A stretch of 64,000 bases of DNA from Octopus sinensis (Eukaryota), in the NCBI RefSeq assembly GCF_006345805.1, contig NC_042998.1, forward strand, positions 157,356,001 to 157,420,000. The letters run 5' to 3'. The notes beneath the pieces were generated by a model that saw only the letters and a list, made by a program, of their open reading frames with translations, ran no database searches and was not told where the DNA came from. The position numbers and the translations under genes were made by a program. Shown in pieces: positions 51,236 to 64,000 of this stretch; within the stretch, counting starts at the first letter, position 1; each line of letters starts with the position of its first letter.

Positions 51236-54200
51236 GTTACTTGTGATTAATTCTGCCGTGTATTTTGCTTGAAGGTTAGTGTTGAAATTGTTGTTGCTGA
51301 ATTCTTTTCTTTGTGTTGTTAGTAATACCGTTCTGCACGTGGAAAACAGAGTGAACTTTTATTCCCCTCTGTGAGGGGAGGGAAATTATCCATTTTTGTG
51401 GCGTTTTTCCACAAATTTATTTTGTTGAAAATGAATACTTCCTCTGTATGCCGACGGCAGAAAACCTTATAGAACCGGCAAAAAAAAAAAAATTCTGTAG
51501 CTGCGGCTGGAGTGTTGACCGAAGTGTGCTAATGCAGCACCAAAACATGTTTGAAAAGGTGAGATACGACGTAAAAGCCACCCTCCAGAGTGAAATCATA
51601 GAAGAAACTGCAAAAAAAAAAACCAAAACAAAGTCGTATTTATAACTTTTGTAAAGGGAAAGAAACTCGACAAAGCATCAAATGAAGCTATAGAAAAATG
51701 CCAGCAGCCGATCTGGCAGGACATAGAATTCCTGACCAGAGACAAACGCTTTGCCACTGTAGTAGTTTATTTCAAAAGTGAAGAGAAAGCGAAAACACAT
51801 TCAGTACAATCTTTGAAAACCATAGACATTGTGTACTTAGGTGCACAGCAAAGGTCACAATAGAAGAAATCCCGCCAGAAGTGAATGTCTCATGACTACT
51901 CCCAGCCTGGAAAAGATCGTAGAGAATATACACCTTACGGAGAAACCACTTTACGGATAATGGTGGAGGGGAGAAGACACCGGTACTTCGAATGTGCAAT
52001 GTGGAGAGAAGGGCCACATTCGGGCAAACTGTCCAGCCCGTAAGGTGGAGATGGCCCCCCCCCAAAAAAGGATGAAGAAGAGGCAGAGACACAGAAGACC
52101 GACCAGAAGGCTCCCAGCAATGAAAACACTCAACCAGCTGGGATGAGGATGGATGATCTACTGTAAGAAGAAAAGAAGTAACCAAAAGAAAAAAAACCCA
52201 ATCCCACCCCCAATATCCAGCTCGAACAAGAAAAAAGCACCCTCAACAGACACACGAAATTCAAACTACCCCTCCTCACCACTATTCACCAAAAAAATAA
52301 CAGCAATATCTCCTCTTTCGAACCCTGATAACCTTCCCTCCATCCCACCCGGCCCTGATATTTCATCCCTCCAATCCCCATCCTCCAGTCCCGATATCCC
52401 CCCCTGCACATCCCCAGAAGAACATTACACAAAACTACCGGAAGGAATTTTAATAATCCAAATAGACGATATAAACCTCTCAATATTAAAATCATATTTC
52501 TCCACAGACATAGGCCCTCCAAGGTTGGGCTTTAGTAAGTCCATGTACGAGGACCTATGTCAAACCACCCCTCGAGGCCGGGAAAAGGAAAAGGACAAGG
52601 CTCAAAGCCACTGATGCCAAGGTAAGTATATGGCTTGTATTCATGTTGGTTGTTTGGATGTGCATGGCCTGGGGTCGAGCTGGAAGCAAGGTCGCTTCAT
52701 CACGTCGCACAATTTGGATGTCATTGTTTCAATGGAAACCCGGTTAAGGGGTTAAGGGGGCCAAGAGATCTCCTCCCGCTATTTGATGGTTACAAGAGAT
52801 TTTTCTCTCCGGGATGTCCTATTGGCCCTGTTAAAAAGAAACCGGGTTTCTGAGAAAAAGTTAATTTTTTCAGACCCAGAAGGTAGGCTGGTCGTCATAG
52901 ATTTGACGCTCACTCGTGGTAAGATTATCAGGCTGGTTTCAATTTATGCACCCACTGAAAACGGACAAAGTGAGTATTTTCGGAACCTGGAGAAGTTTCT
53001 CGGTACATCACAGTCTCTAGTTGTACTAAGAGAATATAACACAATCTGCGGTGCACGCGTATATTATGTTGGCTCGTGTTCTGATAGAAGAGGTAATGCT
53101 TGCTTCCTGGAACTGCTAAGCCGCTTTGAGCTAGTACATCCTTATAGACTGCAATTTCCGAACGCTCCATTGTGGACATGGTCAAACAGCGACAGATCTT
53201 CCAGGTCATACCTAGATAGGGTGTTAATTAGAAAAGTAGATAAGGAAAATGTTAGGTATCCACAGTATTTCCCGGTCAGCTACAGTGATCACAAAATGGT
53301 CACCTGTACGCTCCACATAGATAAGTTATCTAATAAAGGATCTGGCAACTGGAAACTTAATACGTCCCTTTTGGCGATTAAGGAGTACAGAGACCGGATT
53401 AAGTTATTGATTCAGAGGGCATTAACCAGATCTGTTATTAATAACAAATGGTGGTATGCTCTCAAGCGAGCCATTAAATGTGAGCCTATTAGATATAGCA
53501 CATGTTTACTGGCTAGAGAGACTAGGAAGGGATTAGCTTTAGATATGGACTTAGAGGAAGCAATGGAATCTGGTTCTGCAGCTCAAGTGACGGCCAAGAG
53601 ACTTGCGTTAAACCAGCACCTCGAAGCCCAACATATGGGTTGCATTGACAGAGCTAGGATTCGTGCATTGGGTTGTGAAGGAATCAAGGGCGCGGGATGG
53701 GCCCTAATGGTGGAAGCCCAACGTGACAACAATGGCATAATTCGATGTTTTGACGAACCAACGAGGTAAGTTGATAAACGAGTCCGAGATGTGTGAGGTC
53801 TTTCAGGAGTACGTCGCCCAGCTTTTCGGTGGGTGCGGCGGATCGGACAGTAGGAGGGACCTAACGGACTTCCTCGCCGGGCTGCCGCGGAGTGTTGTGA
53901 AGGATCGATCACGCCTGAGGAGGTAATTGAGGTTATGGCGGACTGCGGCGCGCGTAAGGCACCGGGACTGAATGGTCTACGCTATGAACTATATAAAAGC
54001 ATGCGAAACTTGTTCAGGCACCTGCTGGCGAATGTCTACACGAACGAGCAGCAGAATGTGTTCATTCCCAGATCGCTGCGCCGGTGAGTGGTGACGCTTG
54101 TCAGAAAGGACCCGAAAAAGGGGGATCGCATTGATAATTTTCGGCCCATGACTCTGCTAAACACAGAGCTGAAGATTTTGGCCAAAGTGTTATCGAAAAG

Positions 54201-56178
54201 ATTGGCGTGTGTCGTGGATGGCTTGATTGGGAAGGCACAGACATGTGCCGTTCCCGGTAGATCCGTCCAGGATAGTCTTCATTTTATACGGTACACTGTA
54301 GAGGGATTTAATAACTCTGGCAAGGGAGGGGTACTGTCCATTCAGACCAATCAAAGGCTTTTGATAGGGTCGACCATCATTACCTGGTGTCCGTTCTGGC
54401 ACAGTTCGGCCTGGGTCTTGGCTTCCTCAGGTGGATCGTTGAAATTTATCACATCATCGACTCGGTAGTTCGGGTGAACGGCTTTTTATCTAAGCCGTTC
54501 AGCATCAAACGCTCGGTTCGTAAAGGATCTCCGCTCTCCCCGCTTTTATATGTAATGGCTCTTGAGCCATTGCTGCGAAAATTGAGCGACATCCCGAGAC
54601 AGCCAGGTTGTGGAGAGTCGGTTTCAGCGTATGCGGATGACATCACCATCATCGTAACCGAAATGGATCATCTACAGAGGGCAGACAAGGCCATTGAGGA
54701 ATACGAGACGATGGCAGGAGCAAAGGTTAATCGTGAAAAGTCAGTCAGCTTGCAGCTCGGCATCTGGAGAGGCAAGTCGATGCCTCCTGACAGCGTCGTG
54801 CGACGTTGTACCGAGGGTCCGATTAAGTTGCTAGGAGTCTGGTTTGGACCAAGCCTCCAAATAGAGAAGAACTGGGCCGAGGTAGCGAGCAGGGTGGCCC
54901 ACATAGCCAAGACTTCGTCTTGGCAGTGGCTATCCCTGAAAGGGAGGGCAGAAGTAGCCAATGCGTTCATCACATCGGTCATCACCTACCGCCTAAACGT
55001 CGTTCCCTGCCCTGATTCGTGGTTGAGCAAGCTGGAAAGACAGCTCTTCCGCTTCTTGTGGAAGGGCTCGAATCCGCTTGTGAGACGCTCTAATTGCTGC
55101 CAACAACCGTTAAAGGGTGAGATAGAGATGCCTTGGCTGATGATTTACAGGCACGCTCTGAGGTTGAGGCATCTGTAGCTCCATCTGGATGGTGATCGGG
55201 TGTGGTCTCCGCTGGCGAAACAGATGCTTCCCAAGTTTACTTGTTTCGGTAAACTGGATACCTGGTTCTATCGTAGATCGAAGTTGGGTACATAGTTTAC
55301 GGAGTGTCGTAAGGCTCTCCGGATATTCCATCTCTTGGGCAATACCTGTGGTAGTGGTTCTACCACATTCTTCTATAGAGTGTTGGTAGAGGCGAAATGT
55401 GACGATAGCTAGTCAGTCTGTTCCAACGTACATTCGGGCTGAAGACGCTGGATAACTTTCAGAAGTCTTTGGCATGGCAATGTTACCGAGGAGCCTTGCC
55501 TGTCCGGGTCAAGCTCGTAAGACATGGTGGCGCTTGGCCCACCGACCTGTTCAAGATGTGGGCGGGACAGGGAAACCATCCTGCACGTTGTTGTTCAGTG
55601 TTCGGAGGTGTGAGTTTATACCGAACAACTGTTGTCAAGTACAGGAAGAGAAGAGTTATCGATTGAGTCAATAGTAAAAATTGATCTACCGGATTTCCTA
55701 TCGAAAGAAGGTAAGAATTGCTTTCTCATAGTAGTAGCAATTGCGAGAGAGGTGATTTGGAAGACACGAATGAAAGGATTAATAACAGGCATTTTTATCT
55801 CTGGCCCTGGCTTGGTGAATTTTTTCAATTCTACCTAAGGAGGAAAATAGGGTTAGAGAAAAAATGCCTGTCCACGAAAATGTTCCAAGATCGATGGAAG
55901 AATGTCGCACGAATGTTGCTTATGGATGGAACCGCATGAATACAACGCAGGACGAACCTAAAGCATCAGTAGTGAAGCAGGGTTCGTGGGATCTGAGCAT
56001 ATCTCGCCTCCCGACTCCATTCTGTAATGTTGTCTTGTATATGTTATCATTCGAACTATTCATAGTTACGTAAAACTTTTTAATTCATCTTTTTGTTAAT
56101 TCATACGTGAAATCTGACCCCATATCAGATTGTACTGTCCCCTCTTTGTTGTCCTCTTGTGGGAAATAAATAACATTT
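51236..56178 (+). mobile_element. Near full-length Tx1/L1-like LINE (ORF1 + APE-RT ORF2), frameshifted, inserted in a SINE
   Basis: ORF1 'QPIWQDIEFLTRDKRFATV' and 'QCGEKGHIRANCP'; APE 'LVSIYAP', 'YLDRV', 'SDHK', 'WKLNTSLL'; RT 'NFRPMTLLNTELKILAKVL', 'VRKGSPLSPLLY', 'AYADD'; AATAAA at 56165; diverged ~18-bp TSD at 51218-51235 and 56181-56198. Confidence 0.93.
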
Positions 56179-56397
56179 GCGAAATGCTAGGCGGTATTCC
56201 GTCTGTTTTTACGTTCTAAGTTCAAAAGCTAAGTTCATCCTTTCAGGGTCAATAAATTAAGTACAGTTGTGTATTGGGTGCCCCCACTCAAAAAAATTTC
56301 GGGCCTTCGGCCTACTGTAGGATACAATGTTCCGTCGATGTCAAGTTTTCCTCTAATATTCTAGGTCGATAAACTTAAGTACCAATATAGTACTTGG

Positions 56398-56610
56398 GAA
56401 GGCGGTGTGCTGGCTGAAACATTAGCACAGGGCGAATGCTTAGCTGTATTTTGTCTGTCTTTAAATTCTGAGTTCAAATTCCGCCGAGGTCGACTTTACC
56501 TTTCAACCTTTCGGGGTCGATTAAATAAGTACCAGTTACGCACTGGGGTCGATATAATCGACTTAATCCCTTTGTCTGTCCTTGTTTGTCCCCTCTATGT
56601 TTAGCCTCCT
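56398..56610 (+). mobile_element. SINE family 1, long-tail form, fused to a LINE fragment
   Basis: Head, core and tail end at 'tttagcctcct', followed by 36 nt identical to 55462-55497. Confidence 0.85.
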
Positions 56611-58781
56611 GAAGTCTTTGGCATGGCAATGTTACCGAGGAGCCTTATAGTACTGGGGTGGGGTAAGGTTTACCTTAACCGACTTACACGCTCACTTCAG
56701 AATTATTGGTTTTGTGCCTAACTTACACAGTTTAAAGGCTGCAAGCTGGGAATATCGTTGGAACATCGGAAGAATACCTTGTTATTTACTTTCTGAGTTG
56801 GAATCTCGTCGAGTTCCACTGTAACTTACATAATTTCGGAGTTGATAAAATAAACTACCAGTCATATACTGAGGTCGATGCAATAGATTACCCTCCCCCC
56901 CACTAAAAATTGATGACCTTGTACCAAACTTTGAAGAAAATTATTATTCCTTAACACCGAATCCTGTATTTTCTGCTCCTCACGTTTACAAATATAGTTG
57001 TTTTTACCTATTCAGATGCCTTTTATCGTACATTTGCATTTATATCGTATTGAGGAAGTTTTCCTGAACAACGAGGATGGGTTGTTTCAATTTACATTTT
57101 ATTTCAATAAGTGTTTACAATTTATTTTGAAATTAGTATTTTCCGTCATGGCCTCTTGTGGCGAAAAGCGAATGATGTGAGAAGTTGAACTGAAAGAGTT
57201 AGAGGGAATTGAAACAGCATCCTTGTTTTATTTCATATTAACAGAAGACAGCTTTCATCTTCTAGTTCATAGCTCATAAAAGGCAGACATAATCATTAGT
57301 AACGCAAAAAACATCACCACTAAAATCACTACAACAGTGGTAATAGCAGCAGCAAAAAGGAAAACAAAATCAATACAGTAACAGTGACAGCATCATCAAC
57401 AATAACAACAACATTTACAGTACACCGACTATCACAACAACAGTAATAGCAACAATACATCGATTTCAATCACAGATAGTATTGACTCCGGAACTAGCAG
57501 AAAAAAACTTAACTGCACCCAACACGAGCAGCACGAGAGAGTTACTACTATCACGGTTACTGTATCCATCAATACCAATAACAGTTACAGTAGCCAAAGC
57601 GGCTCCAGCAACTGTTTCACCGAGAGCGCTTCTAAGAATAACTGAATAGGTCTCTATAGAAGAGAAACAGACATATGAAGCTGCGAGAACAAGGATGCTC
57701 TGTCACAGATGGTGTCACTAGTGTTGGAGCTGTACGATGAAAGAAGTATGTTCAATGTTCATAAAAATATCAATTCAGAGGAATTGGAGAAGGTTGTAAG
57801 AATCAGGTCAGGTTAGGATATAATTAAGAATGTAAGGCAAAGGAAAGGATTGATAAAAGGACAGATTAACGCAGACGCGAATATGCATGCACATAAGAAA
57901 GGAATTAGGTGAAGAGAAGAAATAGTAGCGACATATTTTGAAGGACGAGTTAGGAAGTAAATGCTGTAAAAATATAAAACTTAATGATCAAAATTTTATT
58001 TAGATTGCCCAGAAATGTGAAGATAAACATGCTGAGAGAGGTGGAGGGTGGTAATGGGAAATGTTTAGTAGACAATCATAAATGGTTGAGAAGGGAAAGG
58101 AAAGTTCAAAACATTAATAGAATCCAGAATAATAAGAGATGTGACAAAATGGTATGAAGAATCATAAGCGTAGTGTATGCACATTAATGTGCAAGATCTT
58201 CTTTGCCATATAGTCATACCAAAAAAGAAATAATAAAGAAATAATTGTATGTTTGTCTAGAATTTATAACGATAAAATTTATTATGAAAGCAATCTCATA
58301 ACTGTAAAAAGAAATAAACAAAAGAAAATGTGAGAAATTGAAATCTCGGAAGTGAATTAAAATTGAATATGATTTCATTGTATTTTAGATAGACATCATG
58401 TGAAAATAATTTTCTTAATTCTATTGATAAAATATTCTATATTGCATACATTTTGGAGCGTTTACATAAAAATTCCATTCAGTTAATTGGAAACTGTTAG
58501 CTAATAATGTTGCTATAGCAAGTATATATTGTCATATACTTTTTATTGCAATGAGTAACGAAGAATATATATATATATCCGTTCGTATGTCCACATGTCG
58601 TCCCGTTTTCGTCTTTGTCATTTACCGGCGGCGTTTCGCCCCCAGCGTCACAAGAAGTGATTCAATATAATCATTAAGGCGCGAAATAATGTCTGACCCT
58701 CTGCCAATAACTGATGAGCATTTTGTGACCTTCTGCGTCTGTTTCGTGTTTGTTCGTGCATTTATTATGTTTTTAGCATAT

Positions 58782-58835
<54 letters not shown>

Positions 58836-58860
58836 ATATATTATATATATATATATATAT

Positions 58861-59185
58861 AGGAGCACTCTGTCGGTTGCGACGACGAGGGTCCCAGCTG
58901 ATACGATCAACGGAACAGCTTGCTCGTGAAATTAATGTGCAAATGCCTGAGCACTCCACAAACACGTGTACCCTTAACTTAGTACTCGCCGAGATTCAGC
59001 GTGATACAGAATGTGACAAGGCTGGCCCTTTGAAATACAGGTAGTATTCATTTTTGCCAGCTGAGTAGACTGGAGCAACGTGGAATAAAGTGTCTTGCTC
59101 AAGGACACAACGCGCCGCCGGGAATTGAATTTACGACCTTAAGATCATGAGCCGAATGCCCCTAACCACTAAGCCACGCGCCTTC
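58861..59185 (-). mobile_element. SINE family 3 (tRNA-derived head with A/B boxes)
   Basis: Minus strand 'aaggcgcgtggcttagtggttagggc..ggtcgtaaattcaattcccgg..gtgtccttgagcaagacactt'; (TA)n on both sides. Confidence 0.8.
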
Positions 59186-59241
59186 ACTATATATATATAT
59201 ATATATATATACAGATGTGTGTGTGTATATATATGTATATG

Positions 59242-59312
<71 letters not shown>

Positions 59313-59419
59313 AAAGTTGGTTTGTGAAAGCACGTGGTTGAATATATAGAAAATAGTAAAAAGTGAAAAAAACTACAGAAGGCCTGTTTTAAAAGGTCAA
59401 AAATATATATTTGAGTCAA

Positions 59420-60545
59420 TATGTCTGAAGAATATTATACATTTTTTTCTTACAATGAGATAGTTTAGAAGAAAGACCGGTTTCGCGTTTAGCTTTTCAA
59501 ATTTCTTACGTCGTTATGTTTATGTTGAGAAGAGTTATCGTCATGTTGTAAAGAGTTCTAGATAAGGGGAGGTAATGAGTGATTTCTTCCGGTGTAAGGG
59601 AGATAATCGCTTAAAATTTTTTTCCTTTCCTTTGGGGTGAATTTCTCTGTATAAGTATGTTGGAATGGTTAAGTCTGGGCTTGTACTTTTCAATGAAGAA
59701 TGTTTCCTTGTTTAGTCTAATTTGTGTTGATGATCCGATAGCACATTGGTAAAATGGAAAGATTAAAAATTGTGGTAGTAGTTGCTTTGCGCATTTCTCA
59801 ATGTGCTCACTAAATGGTATCATTCTGTATTCTGGGAATGCTATCTGTTGTCGATGCAGTGTGCATCTACGTCTGAGTGATAGTCCCGTGGATCCCACGT
59901 AGTCTTGGTGGCAGCCCGAGCATTTTATGACATAAATTATGTTTTCAGAGGCACAAGTAAAGTTAGATTTGATCTTGAATTTCTGTCCCTCTTTGAAGAG
60001 GAATTCTGATCCTTCTAGCAGGTTTTGACATGTTGCACAGTTCGGTCTACCACATTTTTTTACTTTTGCATCCGTAATTTCAGAAAACAATTTTGCCTTT
60101 GTGAGAATCTTTTTAAGTGATTTAGGTTGTTTGTAGCTTTTAATGATTTGGTGTATGTTTAGAATTTCCTTTAATTTGGGGTCCTTATGAAGTATTGGTA
60201 AATTCTGGGTGATGATGGTGAAGGCTTTTTTGTTTCTGGGGTTGTATGTAGATATGTAAGGTAGTATTTTCGGGGAAGGTGTGTTGTTGTGTTGAACTTT
60301 TCTTAAAGTTTCTATGTTGATTTCTGTTGCACGTCTGATCCCATCCTCTATGAGTTGAGCTGGGTAATGTCTGTCAATTAGGGTGTTTTTGAGTTCTTGC
60401 AGTCTAAAGTTCCTGGTATTTTGTTCTGACACTATTGTGCATATCCTTCTTGCAAGGTTGAAGGGGATGTTTGTTTTAGTGTGTCTTGGGTGGCATGAAT
60501 TAAAAAGAAGGTATTGTTTGGCGTCTGTGGCTTTGTATATATAAT
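59420..60545 (-). mobile_element. Penelope-like element 3' part: RT thumb, GIY-YIG endonuclease and pseudo-LTR
   Basis: 'KATDAKQYLLFNSCHPRHTKTNIPFNLARRI' running into the 273-aa ORF with 'CGRPNCATC', 'FTCASENIIYVIKCSGC..YVGSTG..HRQQI' and 'ETFFIEKY'; decayed hammerhead relic GAAACCGGTC near 59475-59500. Confidence 0.9.
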
Positions 60546-61059
60546 GAATCCCAAACTCAGCTGTATCTAAATATACCGTTAGAACAAAAATTTATTCTTC
60601 CTCAAATATTTGCATTTTGTTCCTTGCTGATGTTTGTTTTACTCTTAAGGTCTCGTTATGTTAATATTTTATAGTGGATGCAAATTTAAAGATTGTTATG
60701 CAAAGGTATTTGACTGCGTATGTATATATATATGGTGGCTGCTCCCTCGTTATCGAGTATAGCCGTTGCACGAAGCTTAATCAATGTTGTTATCGTGCTA
60801 TGCCTGTGCAAGAAGATTTTTTTTAAAGTGAGGAAAGGCTGTGCACTGAGTCAATCCCACTCACTAAGCAACAGCAGCCATAATCCGAAAAGAAGAACAA
60901 GTCAACATCATCGGTAACCACTGATCCGCAGGTTTTATGTCGGAGTTATCCCAGTTACCTGAGTTACTATCTCCTAGAAGGATGCCCTAACAAAGGCTAG
61001 GAGTCCTTCACTCCCAATGGTCTAATCAATATGTTGGATTAAAATATCATAAAAGCAGC

Positions 61060-62425
61060 AATTTTAAGGGTGCGGATAAGTCAATTACATAGTGTCTAGT
61101 GATCAACTGGTATTTATTTAATCGACCTCGAAAGGAGGAAAAGCAGAGCTGATCTCAGTACATAAAGTTAGATGAAATGCTGCTAAGTCTTTTGTCCGGC
61201 ATGTTAACGATTCTGCTAGCTCGACGCCTTACGAACACTTAACATATTAGTTTCAAATTTTGGCACAAGACCAACAATTTCGGCGGAGGGGCAAGTCGAT
61301 TACATCGACCCCAATGTTTAATCAGTACTTCTTTTATCGACCCCCGAAAGAATGAAAGTTAAGGTGGGTCTCGGTGGAATGCAAACATTCAATATATAAA
61401 CGGTAGAAAAATCTCCCGCGACATGCAGTAGAGAGCACATTACATGCTATTTATATATGGTTAGGTGAAATGAGATAGTAGGGTTAGTTTCTTAGCCACC
61501 CATTCATTTTACATTGTGCTACATGCATACGTGATAGAATACTAAGCATTGAACGTTTAGCTTACGGTGTTGTAACTCTCAGGGTGTCATTTAGTTTTAT
61601 TGAATTCATAGATTATATCCAAGGAAAGATTTAGCCCCAACAAAACAATCGCACAGCTCTGAACCCTTCCTTGGAAATTGAGAGTTTGCATTGTGAAAAT
61701 GGAAATAAGTCAGCAGCACTTATGATCACTGTTAACACAACTGAAGCTGTCTGTAAAGTTTTTGTCAGTAAGGAATTCAATCCTTTAATAAATTTTCTTT
61801 CTCTCTAAATTTTTGCGGAGGGAACTTGTCGATTACATCGACCCCAGTGTTTCACTGGTTCTTAATTTATCGACTCCGAAAGGACGAAAGGCAAAGTCGA
61901 CCTCCGCGTAATTTGAACTCAGTGTGTAGCGACGGGCGAAATACCTATTTCTATTTCTTTATTACCCACAAGGGGCTAAACACAGAGAGGACAAACAAGG
62001 ACAGAAAAACGGATTAAGTCGACTATATCGACCCCAGAGCGTAACTGGTACTTAATTAATCGACCCTGAAAGGATGAAAGGCAAAGTCGACCTCGGCGGA
62101 ATTTGAACTCAGAAGGTAGCGGCAGACGAAATACCGCTAAGCATTTCGCCCGGCGTGCTAACGATTCCGCCAGCTCACAGCCTTAATGATAATAATAATC
62201 CTTTCTTATTATAGGCATAAGGCCTGAAATTTGTGGTGGTGGTGGTGGTGGGGACTAGTCGATTATATCGACCCCAGTGTTTCACTGGTACTTAATTTAT
62301 CGATCTTGAAAGGATGAAAGGCAAATACGACCTCGGCAGAATTTGAACTCAGTGCGTAGCGTCGGACAAAATATCGCTAAGCATTTCGCCCAGCGTGCTA
62401 ACGATTTTGCCAGCTCGCCGCTTTC
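61060..62425 (-). mobile_element. Cluster of five co-oriented SINE family 1 copies or fragments
   Basis: Copies at ~61070-61230, 61250-61380, 61826-61945, 61946-62186 and 62250-62425. Confidence 0.85.
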
Positions 62426-62599
62426 TTAATGATAATAATGATAATGATAATAATGAAAGGGAAATGTTTCCTCACTAACTACTAAGGCTCAAGAAAAACT
62501 CAAGGACAATATAAGATGCAAAGTGAACTTCCTTTTTAAACATAAAAGTCAAACAAGGATAAAGAAACTATAAATTCAAACAAGAAATAATCCCCCAAA

Positions 62600-63430
62600 A
62601 TGCAGAAACATCCGATGAAACCTTATGAAGCTTGGTCGTGGAAACCCACAAAACCACGGTCACCCTCCATTAATCTTCAAGAACATACTCAGAAAAAAAC
62701 CTGTCAACTCGGACCATCTTTGTCACTCTCGGCCACTTTCCAACAAATTTGCTGTGTGGCAGCACTTCCCTTTCCCACCTCACTTTTCTTTTCAAGTGAA
62801 GCTTGAGAAATTTGATGCGGGATTGACCACACAGGGAGGTGTCTGTCTTCTGCCCTTTTAAGCTTGTTCATCACACAGCTGTTATCGCAATATAAGTCTT
62901 AGTATCTAGATGTGAAGTTTCTTGGCTCGTTTACATCCTTTTCTCTATTAAGAATGGTGGACAGTGTCTATTTTAAATATATCTCAACTTCTTGAACGCG
63001 TGAAATTAGTCCCGACAAAATTGTGATTATACTTTTTGTTAAATTAAAATGAATATATGATATAGTGTGCTTGTATGATACAAAGTAAAGAGTAGATATT
63101 GCTTTGAGGTTGTCCATTTTTATGTCTGGTTTAATTCTGTTGTTGGTAGATTCTCTTTATTGCATTCTGTTGTGAATTGAATAATATTATATGTTCCGTT
63201 AAGAAGGAAATTAAATTCGTTTTATTTCTCCATTTCAAAGAAAAGAGCAATCGCCCAAAAATCGTCTTCAGTTAACTTCTATATATTTTATAAGAAAGAT
63301 TTTTCTGCATTTTCTTCGGGATTCATTTACCATTGCGTAGAATGGGGTTACTATGAACCCCACCGCAATTCCGGATTTCTCTCGATAATAGCTAACATCA
63401 TGTACGAAATATTTGTTTTGAAAATTAAAT
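62600..63430 (-). mobile_element. Possible old PLE-type RT relic
   Basis: Minus strand 'FQNKYF...YYREKSGIAVGFIVTPFYA' resembles the RT 'Q..GIAMGS..P..A' motif; the rest is heavily decayed. Confidence 0.4.
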
Positions 63431-63564
63431 CACAATCCTTAAATTATTTAAAATTTTTCTACATATTTAGATAACACACACATATGCATGTATGTATAAA
63501 TATACACACATGCATATATGCACCACCCCGCGCACACACGTAAATATGAGGCACGTAAATATAA

Positions 63565-63760
63565 GGTGAACTGGCAGAAACGTTAGCTCGCTAGGCAAAA
63601 TGTTTAGCGAAACATCGTTCTGAGTTGAAATTCTGCCGAGGTCGGCTTTGCCTGTCCTCTTATCGGGGTCGATAGAATAAGTACAGTTGAGTACTTGGGT
63701 CGATGCAATCAACTTACCATCGAACTGACTGGTTTTGTACCAAAATTTAAAACCTATATG
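63565..63760 (+). mobile_element. SINE family 1 copy
   Basis: Head, core and short tail. Confidence 0.8.
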
Positions 63761-64000
63761 TATATATATATATTTATATATATACACATACAAAATTATC
63801 CGAATCTACATATATCTGGAAGTAGAATTTTTCCCTTCAAACTCTATATTCAATTTCTTATGCATTTGTATTATACTTTTCGTTTTGTATAAATAAATGC
63901 TTTCTCAAATAAAGTTGCATTTCTGCACAAGCACTTACCTCTAAGTGCATTGCACCATACAGATGTGCGGTAATGAAGCTCATTACATAATTACTAGTTC

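Noticed and set aside
52928-55828. Antisense and alternative-frame ORFs over the LINE
   Set aside because: By-products of LINE ORF2 coding sequence.

Overview
AT-rich, microsatellite-dense animal genomic DNA. The SINE families and repeat landscape look like an Octopus (cephalopod) genome; this is recognition from memory, not a database result. One host gene is supported: a three-coding-exon, probably secreted glutathione peroxidase (GPx3-like, + strand, 30213-45645, 211 aa). It has Cys at the usual selenocysteine position and Met in place of the catalytic Gln. The rest is mostly decayed mobile DNA: R4/Dong-like RLE retrotransposon fragments sitting in (TAA)n or (TACA)n tracts, an internally deleted Helitron and a non-autonomous one, mariner, pogo and Chapaev3-like DNA transposons, Penelope-like elements (PLEs), a near full-length Tx1/L1-like LINE, two tandem ORF1-only derivatives of it, and three SINE families. 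The most striking unexplained structures are: (1) a cluster of type I hammerhead ribozyme motifs in GPx intron 1, including a non-coding tandem/inverted array of ~410-425 nt monomers that looks like a retrozyme; (2) a 1.87 kb fold-back palindrome framed by inverted (TAA)n tracts; (3) 'half-LINE' elements stacked at one target site just after the GPx stop codon, one sharing its 3' tail with the dominant SINE. All alignments and folds were done by eye; repeat boundaries are approximate (about 10-50 nt) unless a junction is quoted.
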